Below, piece after piece: positions 54,361-64,000 of a DNA stretch of 64,000 nucleotides; positions within the stretch are counted from its first letter, which is position 1; the number at the start of each line of letters is the position of its first letter. The stretch covers positions 149,358,001-149,422,000 of the forward strand of contig OZ024743.1 of assembly GCA_964016885.1 (NCBI GenBank). Reading direction: 5' to 3'. Origin of the DNA: Eledone cirrhosa (lineage: Eukaryota). The notes below the pieces were generated by a model that saw only the letters and a program-made list of their open reading frames with translations, did no database searches and was not told the origin of the DNA. Both the position numbers and the translations under genes were made by a program.

Positions 54361-55549
54361 GCAGGTTCATATTAAGACTAAGTATGCAGGGAATGCCATG
54401 CATACTTAGTCTTAATATGTTCTGTGTGACGGCAGTGGATTGGCTGAAACGGTAGAGTTAAACAGAATTCAATGTGATGTATATGGTTATATCCCTTTGA
54501 GTTGTGAGTTCAAATTCCATCAATATCGACTTTATCTGTTATCCTTCTAGTGTATAATATAAAATAACTACCAAATAATTAATAGGTTAATTTTAAACAC
54601 CCATCCACTGAAACGTAACGTCTTATGCTTCTGTTGGAAACTGATATTTTCTATCCTGCGTGACTGTTGTATTCGTGATCCCCCAAAACTTATATGTTTC
54701 TCTATCTGGCTCTAAGCTAACTTAAAAATTTGATTATTATGTTGTACATCAGTGCACAGTTCTTGTTTAGTCTTTTCCGTTTCTTTCAAAAAATACACAA
54801 ATTTACATGACTTTGGTTAGAATAGCAAGACTACCATTCAAATAACATATTTAATCAATCCCCCAAACATTAACTATAATTATTTGATAACATAAAACAT
54901 TTTGCGAGTGGAATAAAGTAAATAAAGCATCCTTAGATTGAAGCAATACAGAGACAAGGAATTTGCTGAGTTATTAGAGCATGTGACAGAAGTTCTCGTT
55001 CTCGGCGTTCTAAGTTCAAATCCCGCCGAGATCAACTTTGCTTTCTAGCCTTTCGAGGTACTAATCTATGTCGTCGGACGGATTGAATTGTTATTGTTGG
55101 AATAAATATCTTGTGATATTTCTTATGGCTTTTTCTGTCCCAAGTTCAAATCCCATTTTGGCCTACTTACATGATAGATTTAATCTATTACGTGGTTTAA
55201 CGCCACCAACTAGCCCGTGGGAATCTTTAGGAAGAAACTTTACTTCAGTAAGATCTTTTGATTTTTCAGAATTTTTATTAATGAAATATTGATTTGGAGT
55301 ATATGCGTCGATTGTTTTTCACGCAAACTTCGAATTCTGAGGGATTAATGACTGAGAATTGAGTGATAATTGTACATTATAGTTTATTTCTATCCCAATT
55401 ACAACTTGAGTAATAGACTTAATCTTCTGCCTCGTTTATTACCACCATAATCCGTTCCTTGGGAAGCATTAACATTGTTCACTCAGTTGCAAGCATTCTG
55501 GTCAGGCCTCTGGTTTGAGGATAACTTCATCCTTCTCATCAGTCTAGGT

Positions 55550-56227
55550 CAGGGGTCCAATACTCTGCCCGTGGGCCACATCCAGCCCGCGAATGAATTT
55601 TGTTCGGCCCGCCAACAGGTTTCAATCTTAGACCAAATGATCCCTGAAAAAGTGCTCTGAAATATATTGGATTAGAATACCGACTAGAGAACAAGTCTAA
55701 CCACAAGACTCGTTTAGCTGAAGGTATTTTTTTGCGTGACAGTAACAAACAATCAAACTCAGATAGACAGAATAGTCAGACATCGAGGTCAAGGGAACTG
55801 TGTGTGTATGTACTCGTGTATATATGTACATACATAATATGTATATGGCTGGGATGTGGAATGACCCAGACTTACCAAAAATAAGTCAGCGTGTCTGGCA
55901 TACAGTTATTTCATTTCATCCTCAAAATGTTTCATTTGAGTTTGCTGTCTGGTAGTAAAACATCTGTAAGTGACTGTATTCGATAATAATCAATGTTTAT
56001 TTATTTTTCTATGTTAAAGGTGTTCAGTATTATTAGATGTACATCTTTCATCGAACAAATGGCAACCCTGATCTAATTACCTGACCAGGTATATGGTTTT
56101 GTCACAATTTATTAAAAATGTCATAGTATTTTATCATATTACTGAGACACTACATAACTATGTGGCCCGCCAACGTGACACTGCAAAGTAATGTGGAACG
56201 CACATCCCAAAAGGCTGCCAACCCCTG
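55550..56227. mobile_element. Non-autonomous hAT (Charlie-like) DNA transposon
   Basis: TIRs caggggt / acccctg; 8-bp TSD gtctaggt / gtctaggg; subterminal ggcccgc motifs. Confidence 0.85.
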
Positions 56228-56931
56228 GTCTAGGGATTTCTGAAAAGAGCCATAGACACTGGTCATTTTTCGTTGATTAACCGTCATGTACAATTCCCAC
56301 ACAAATTTCTTTCTGTCTAAGAAAAATTCTTTAAACTCGGTATCACTATGAATTTAAAAATACTTAAATCTAATTTCTATTGTACGATTTTGTGGAGAAC
56401 ATCCCAAAAGAAACATTTTGATATCTCATTTGTGAAATTTGGATGAATAGTTTAGGGAATATGACAATTCGAATGGTCGAGAATTGATCAAAATATCGCT
56501 TAATTAGGCATAAATGAATAATTAGCCATATTTGTGGTGTCATATCTTTGTGACTGAGGTGATAATTATCTTTAAATTAAACAAATTAATAGTTTTTATG
56601 GGATAGCAGTTGCCTATTGTTTTTTCCGGTTCTTGAAAATGAAACTTATTTTTGTCAAACTTTTCAATATTTATGTAAACTTTTCATGTTTTCAGACCTA
56701 GCTAAATCCAAACGTGCAAGCCGCGGGGACTTGAGTTTTGGCACATTTTTCGTTAGTGAAGAACTAAATTAATTGATAGATTTGGGGACATGATACCATT
56801 TCAACAACATTTTAAAGGACTATTCACACTGGCTATAAACAATTAGATTACAGTGATTAAAGGCCGTCTTAAGCTTTTCATACAGTTTCAGACAAGGTTA
56901 TATTGCAATCCATTATATGTAGGGAGGCTAG

Positions 56932-57148
56932 GGCGGTGGATTGGCAGTATCGGTGGAGAGTCGGACACCATGCTTTGCAACATAGAGTTACGGCCCTTTA
57001 CGGTCTGAGTTCAAATCCCGCCGAAGTTAACTTTGCCTTTCATCCTTACGTGGTCGATAAAATAACTCACCAATAACGTACTAGGGTCGATTTAATCGAC
57101 TTTCCCTACCCCCAAAATGATTGGCCTTGTTCCTCTGCTAGAAATCAT
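56932..57148 (+). mobile_element. Family A SINE (variant tail with gtcgatttaatcgac hairpin)
   Basis: Full head and core; atcattatatg-like sequence on both flanks. Confidence 0.88.
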
Positions 57149-60002
57149 TATATGAATGGAGGCTCAGTTTTTATACACTTGTACGTGGTATAAAACTGAA
57201 TTCTCTCTGTAAGGTTGAAGCTTTACAATACATTTAATAGGTATCCCTGTAGAGCACGGTGGAAAAGGTGACACGCACATTTTTTTTGATAATGTTTATG
57301 TCAAAATATATTTACTTCTCATATATAATTGATCAGTGATTCCTTAAATTTAATTTTCCGGAATTTAAAAGGAAGAACATTTAAATATACTTTATTTGCC
57401 AGGAATGTCTGATCATAGGTCTGCCTCGACAATGCTGACTTGGAGCAAAACAACAGACAGGCAGACGTCAAAATACCTCGAACGGAACAACTCCATCAAT
57501 TTCTCCAAGTGTCAACAAAGGTCATAAGTGTTACTTCTCCTCTTCCGATTAATTCGTTAGAATGTTTTTTAAAAGCTACATATTGCCCTCGTGTAATAAA
57601 ACTGAGATTAAAATTTCAATCCTACTATAATGCCAAGCCTAACAATTTGACCATACATCTATAATATTGTAAAATTCCACAATTAAGAATTTGGCATTGG
57701 TTTGAATGTCAAAGAATACCTCAGTACTGGCCAGTTGCGAACCCTCTACAAAGCTTAAATTCTGCATACGAGTACAGCTCATATATCTTGTTAAATGCTG
57801 TTGCTCTATCGTATCTCAAGCAGCGTCCCAAAAAGGGCTATTCGGCTAATTAGCAAATGTTACTCACTAACATCCTACAATCAGTAGTATATAGAAGTAC
57901 TGTTTATTTTCTCTGTCTTTTCTACCGCTATTATAATGGCTTCTGTTCGCTGGAACTACAAACTGTCTGGTGCACTCATACCTTTTTTGCCATCTCACTT
58001 CAAACTATGCACAATACTTTTCCAAATCTTTGTTACCCGCAACTTCATCCGACTGAAATGAATTCCTTAGCAATGTTTTCTAAACAATCAACTACTTTAA
58101 GAAATTCAAGCTGGACATAAACTACCCTGTCTTCATCAGTCTTAAATTATCTCCAAAGAACTCAGTCACCACCTTTTCTTTGACTGCATAATAATGTTTT
58201 AATAAGAAAAATTATTATAAAAGCATTAACTCTATAATAGATGTCCCCTTTCCTTGAGAAAGGAATGCATTGTTCGTTATGAGATTTAGTTTGTGAACCA
58301 AGTTTATTTTTCCTTCTGTTAATATATTTCTCCAAATAGTGGACGGTCGATTGGAAGAGGCAGTAGTATATCAAACAGATGCATAATGGTTGGGTTCGAA
58401 TCCCACCTAAATCAACCCTAGTACTTGACGATATTTGATAAACAAATATCGTCAAGTACTAGGGTTAATATGTACGACTTAACCTCTAACGTATGCCTCC
58501 ACCCCAAAAATAAATATTCATGGCCGTGTTTCTGTGCTAGAAATCAATGTAATTGTCTCAAGAAATATAATAATAAATTTGTTTTATCTAGTTGCAGCTA
58601 AACTAGAGACTTAAGGTAGATTTCAATAAAAAGTTGAACCTTTAAATCAAATTCTTCTAATATTTGCTTCGCGTGTCTTTTCGTAAAAGAAACCTTTAAC
58701 TATATAACCAAAAACACACATACAAAAAAAAATCAGAGTTCCAATGTGTATTCGATTTCAATAGTATTTCATTTAAAACGACTTGCAAAGAAATATAAAG
58801 GTTCCTAAGGGAAAAAAAGTTTTGTAGAAATAAAATACGAAATTAAGGAAGGAGACAAAAAAAATGGAAGATGGCATGTGGGGATGAGAAAAAGTAAAAA
58901 GAGGCTTTGGGAACAAATGCAGTTCAAGTTATATATACAAAATAATACAGATAACGGTTGTGTGTATGTGTGTGCGTGTGTAACCTTAAGCTATAAATGT
59001 AGAAAACAAGAGAATTCTACTTAAAATATAGCTATGAATTTCATGAATTTTTTTGAAGAATTAATTTCTGTGCACCATGCACAATCTGAAAGAGAGAAAA
59101 AATAATCATATCTGCAGCACGGCATTGTAAATCATTATTGGTTTCCTACATAGACAAGAAGCCAAAAATGTTTAGAGAAGAGGAAATAGGTTTATATGTG
59201 TTAGTGCGTCTGTAAACTGAAGTTTAATTTTATGATTATCGACTACTGGCATCGCTCTATCATCGCACCATTTATCATTTGGGGTAATATATTTAAAACG
59301 GACTTTTAGTGAAAATTATTTAACACTTTTGCATTGTCATTTTAATTTTTTAATATTCTTAGTCTATCAGTCTGCTGCTTCCTGATAGTAAGTTTTTCTA
59401 CATAATAATGCCCTACCATCTACTATTTCTACTGAATTTTGCTTTTCAAAACATGATCTTGGACTATAATCAGATTTTCACTATCTTTCTGTAACTTACA
59501 TCATTTTCAATGACTCGCATAAACTTTCTCCTTCAGTTTAAATTACTTGTTATTTCATCACAATTTCATTCTTGAGTTTGCTTTCCTAAACATCCGACTT
59601 ACTAGATCTTTCTCACAAGACCCCCTGTTCTTTTTACGTGCGGAAACGTATCAGGCCAAATTTTAATGCGTGGAAAACGCATTAGGCCGAATTGAACTGG
59701 TGGAATGTTTCGGTGGGGAAATATAAAGAAACCATGTTAGGAGTTCCAATAAAATTATAGCTTAAAGTATAGTTAAAAGTATAGCTTAAAGATTTAATTT
59801 TAGAAAATAACTTCAAGAATCAGATATGGATTATGTTAAATCTGCTTCGGTGAGAACAAAATCATTCAGTATGAAAAGATAAGGAAATTGAGAAAAGACA
59901 GATAATACACTCCTTTCTTTAAGATATTTTGAACTGCAGAGAATTAGAAAAGTCAAGAGTAGTAGCATCTCAAAACCTCCTCCTCCTCCTCCCCCCTCAT
60001 CC

Positions 60003-60034
<32 letters not shown>

Positions 60035-60628
60035 GGGAGGGTCAAGGGGGATGAGTCCCCAAGCGCGCCTTCCACCTGGTTCTTTCAGAAGTAACCGTCC
60101 CCATTTGAGTCGACTGGATCCCCAAGAGAAACCAACTATCTTTCTCGGAGTCTACCATTGTGTCTGCTGCTGGTTGGTGTTGTAAAATCTGTCCAGTGAT
60201 TCGCTGCCGAAACATTTCCGTAATATTAGAGCTGTGATCTCTCAACTCGGAGAAGTAGCGGCTCTACCTGGAGTAACTCACTGATCTCCGAGCTACGCAT
60301 TCTGTCGAATGACGTTACTCCAAAGACCCTTCGCAGGAGCCTCATTTCGGTCACTTGTATTCGCGATTGTATTTTTTCGGTCATTATCCAAGATTCATGA
60401 CCATAGTTAAGGGTTGAAATGAATACCGAATTGAAGATAGCGAGTTTGTCTTTTACACCTACTGCCTTTCTTCTGATGACCGAATGTTGAAACTGATGCT
60501 TTATTGCACCAGTATCTGCAATTCCTCCACTTAATTCAACTTCCTGCCTTCCATCACTTGTGAACACGATCTTGAAATACTTGAACTTCTCCACCTGCTT
60601 CAGTGGAACTCCACTCACATGTAGATTT
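60003..60628 (-). mobile_element. RTE (Expander/Rex3-like) LINE 3' fragment
   Basis: LKQVEKFKYF, TLNYGHESW, VTEMRLLRRVFGVT..DRMRS; (AAG)n tail at 60005-60033. Confidence 0.9.
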
Positions 60629-60714
60629 CACTGTGAAGGCTTCCTTGTGAAGACGAGTGTCACAATCTTCGCAGTACTGATTTTCGTTCCTGCCGTGCAG
60701 TATTCGGTAGCACC

Positions 60715-61920
60715 CCATTCGACGTGAGTATGGGCGCCAGCGATTCTGCGGAGGTTACTGATCTTATCGGCCTTTTCCTTCTTTTCTCTATCAAGGAAGA
60801 ATTCCCCAACGTGGGCGGTGGTTTGTACCATGATGATGGTCTTTTGACCATGACTATGTGCGGCCCACGTGCTTGCGACAGGTTCAGAAAAGAACTCACA
60901 GCCTTCTTTAAAGGCTTCAACCTGTCCATACATGTTGAGGCCAACCTCTTGGTCGTTAATTACCTCGACGTTACCTTCAATTTATCGAATGGATTGCATT
61001 ACCCGTATAGAAAGCCGAATGATACGCTTAATTACATAAGTAAGCATTCTAATCATCCTGCCAGCATAACAAAGAACCTGGTAAGAAACGCTTCTTTGAG
61101 GCTTTTCCGTCTATCTACAATCGAGCATATTTTCAACGACCATTCCACATATTACAATGAAGCTCTTGCTCAGAGTGGATTTGTCGATAAGGTAGATTAT
61201 ACAGAGTACGAGAATAGACCTAGAAGAAATAGAATCCGACGCATTATATGGTATAACCCACCATATAATATGGAGGTGGCCACACCATTAGCTAAGATCT
61301 TTCTCTCCCTTATTACGAAGCATTTTCCCCCTTCACATAAATATAGTAAAATTTTTAATAGAAATACTATTAAAATTTCTTACTCTACGACTCCTAACCT
61401 TGCACATAACATCACAGCTTCAAATTTAGTTAAACTACCTAGCCGTAGGAACACGTGCAACCCTGTAGTTAGTACTAACTGTAATTGTAGGAAACGGGTT
61501 GACTGCCCCCTATCCGGGAAATGCCTCTCTAGTAACATTGTCTAAAAATGTATGGTTGAAACACCCACGTCCCGTAGGGCCTACATAGGGTTAACCGCCA
61601 ATAGATTCAAGCAGCGTCTTTACATGCATACCCATTCTTTTCGTTACCCTTTAAGAAGGAATATGACGTCACTTTCAGCTTATATCTGGAGTCTAAAAGA
61701 CAACCACACCCAATATAAGTTACACTGGGAGATCCTGGCTGGGGCTAGATCGTATAACGGAAATAAAAGTCGATGTGACCTCTGCGCCGCTGAGGCTCTG
61801 GAAATACTCTACGACAAAGACCACATCTTAAACAAAAAATCTGAGTCAATTTCGGCTTCTAAACATAAATTGCACAAAACTTTCCTGTATTACAGCACCA
61901 CATTATACCCTAACAGATAG
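60715..61920 (+). pseudogene. Penelope-like RT/GIY-YIG coding region with one in-frame TAA at 61543-61545
   Basis: ORFs 60724-61545 and 61552-61920 share one frame; the stop replaces the Tyr of the GIY-equivalent IVY motif. Confidence 0.9.
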
Positions 61921-62586
61921 TACGAACTATACGCGGATATTTTACGTCTTGATGTGGTAGCTAAGTATATGTTATGTTTATACCATTACTTATTTGTATA
62001 GGTAAGTATATTACTTGTATGTTTTGTGCAGGTACGTATACTTTCTCGTACGTATATTTGATTGTATATGTTATGCCGTATATATTATATATTCTGGTAC
62101 ATATGCTTTGGTTATGTGTATACTGGAGTTTTGAGTCTGTGTGTGTATGTGGGTTCGTACGTATGTAGGGTGTGTGTATATGTGTACTTTGTGTTTTGGT
62201 TGACGTACGCCTCCGAACATATGTGTATTTATATGTAGGTATGTGTGTGCGCTTGTTATATACGTATTTATTTATGTACGTTTATTTAATTATATGTATA
62301 CACACACACACACATATATATATATTTTTTTTTAGATATATTTTTTGTGTATTTGCTGTATACATTCGTATGCGTGCGGGTACAGGCGTTGCGTGGGTTC
62401 TGTATGTGCGTGCGAGTTTTTTTTTGTGTACGTGCGTGTATTTGTATACCTATGGCGAGTGTTTTCGCGTATGCTTGTGTATGTACGTATATGGGTGCGT
62501 GTATGTATTTATTTAATTTCAATTACCTCTGTAATTTATTTACTGTATTCTTAACTCTGAAGCCGAGAATCATTCGGTTTCCTAGT

Positions 62587-62870
62587 TAGAATGTTAGTCT
62601 ACGACTTCAGTTATACCATTTACGTGGTTTTGTCTTTGCGTGCAATTGTTCTCCCGCTCTACATATGACGTATTATCTTCGTTTTTTTTGTTCATTGCCA
62701 GAGAACGTCTCTATGAACCACCTAAGAGAATATTAGTCTAGGATTTCTTTTATACCATAAACGTGGTTTTGTCTTTGCGTGTAATTGTTTTTCACCGCTC
62801 CTATTAATGACGTATTATATTCGTTTTTTTTTTCGTTCTTTGCCAGGGAACGTTTCCACGAATCAAAGTA
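62587..62870 (+). repeat. Two diverged tandem copies of an about 140-bp unit
   Basis: agaat.ttagtcta...acgtggttttgtctttgcgtg...tgacgtattat..ttgccag.gaacgt occurs twice. Confidence 0.85.
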
Positions 62871-63039
62871 TCGTCTTCCTGTCTTCCTCCGGTTGCAACG
62901 TTTTTTGAAATATTCACTTATGCGTTCACAGATTGACTTTGTTACTTTCAGAAGATCCCGTTAAGGGTGAAAGCAGCGATTCTTTTCTTAAACTTTAATC
63001 TGTTATTTTAATAAATATATATATATAAATTTAATTTGA

Positions 63040-63190
63040 TCAACCCCAGGTCTTTACCGTATTGTATTGACCCAGGAAGAATGAGAGGCATGTTTAACCT
63101 CGGTTGGATATGAACTCAGATTATTAAGAGTCAGAAAAAATACCGCAATGGCATCATATCCGATGTTCCACGAATTCTGCCAATCCACCA
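63040..63190 (-). mobile_element. Old family A-type SINE
   Basis: tgaactcaga and gaattctgccaatccac (reverse-complement head). Confidence 0.65.
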
Positions 63191-63795
63191 CCTCTACATT
63201 AGTATATATTAAAACTTGTTAAGTGGTTGCAAACGTGCTTAATTTAGTAAAACAAGAATGTTTAATCAAAATTACATCAATATTAAGGAAGGAAAATACA
63301 TTAACCAGGAAAGAGAATTCCAAAATTTAGATTAATTAAAATTACTCAAAACCTGTATCGATTGGGTTTTGTTAGCCCAACTTATTTTATTTTTCATGCG
63401 GAATATGTCCCTGGGAAATACTTTTCATCCTTTTACGGTATAAGATCATTTCTAAATTTACAAACATTATACTTACACTAACAATAATGCTTACCGACAC
63501 AGATTTCTATTTTCCTTATGTGTTGGTTTCTAATTATACATGGCTATAGATAAATCAACTATAAAGTTGTCAAGTGTATGGTACCTTGAATCCCAACATG
63601 CCGCTAAAGCTGTCGAAGACGTTTCAATCATGTAATGAGTTACAAGACTTTATATTATCATACTGTTCAGTCTACAACTGTAAAATACTCAAAGTAGCTG
63701 CTTGATATGCTAGAAAAACCATCCAAACATTCCTCAAAATACTGACCTACTGTCTGAAAAAAGGAAGAATACATTGGTTAGTGAAGTTCTATATA

Positions 63796-63957
63796 CCGTA
63801 TTTCCTACTTTTTTCCTAAAATAAGTCTCAAAAATCTACCATGCGTCCTGGAGGCCGAAGGTTGCATTTTTCATTATTATTTTTTTTTTTTTTTTTAATT
63901 TTGGTTGCCAAAATTAGGGTGCGTCCACGAGGACAAAGCATCTTCGGCGAAATACGG
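63796..63957. mobile_element. Tc1/mariner (pogo/Tigger-like) MITE
   Basis: TA|ccgtatttc ... gaaatacgg|TA. Confidence 0.7.
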
Positions 63958-64000
63958 TACATAATGGTTTCTGATTTAGGCACGGGGAAAACAATTTTAA

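Larger units (their letters stand above)
60660..63010 (+). mobile_element. 5'-truncated Penelope-like element of Naiad type (RT plus GIY-YIG)
   Basis: FDVSMGASDSAEVTDLIG, GLYHDDGL, YLDVTFNL, SNHP, IIWYNPPY, CNCRKRVDCPLSGKC, IV*KC..AYIGLT..FKQR..H, CDLC..E, LNKKSE. The 3' boundary is inferred. Confidence 0.92.

Noticed and set aside
60472-60505. CTGATGA...GAAA motif
   Set aside because: Antisense of RTE coding sequence, with no stems.
61543-61545. Selenocysteine or programmed readthrough in the PLE ORF
   Set aside because: The codon is TAA at a conserved Tyr position; a nonsense mutation is the simplest explanation.
63615-63652. Minus-strand hammerhead trace (stem plus GAAACGTC)
   Set aside because: CUGANGA core absent; too decayed to call.

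Overview
AT-rich, microsatellite-saturated animal DNA that reads as intronic or intergenic. The SINE families resemble those I recall from octopod cephalopods (inference, no search run). I find no confidently supported host protein-coding gene; nearly all ORFs in the track are translations of simple repeats. The recognisable content is transposable elements: RTE-clade LINE fragments, R4/Dong-like restriction-endonuclease LINEs, a Tx1-like 3' end, a Naiad-type Penelope-like element (RT plus GIY-YIG), a Gypsy pol remnant, possible solo LTRs, several tRNA-derived SINE families, an RTE-related non-autonomous family, and hAT, piggyBac and pogo-like MITEs. Best leads: (1) hammerhead-ribozyme motifs, including a head-to-head inverted pair at about 14.9-15.0 kb; (2) several retroelements, each embedded in its own microsatellite class; (3) visible LINE-SINE tail sharing; (4) recurrent perfect hairpins that look like template-switch inversions. 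Boundaries were read by eye and are approximate unless TIRs or TSDs are quoted.
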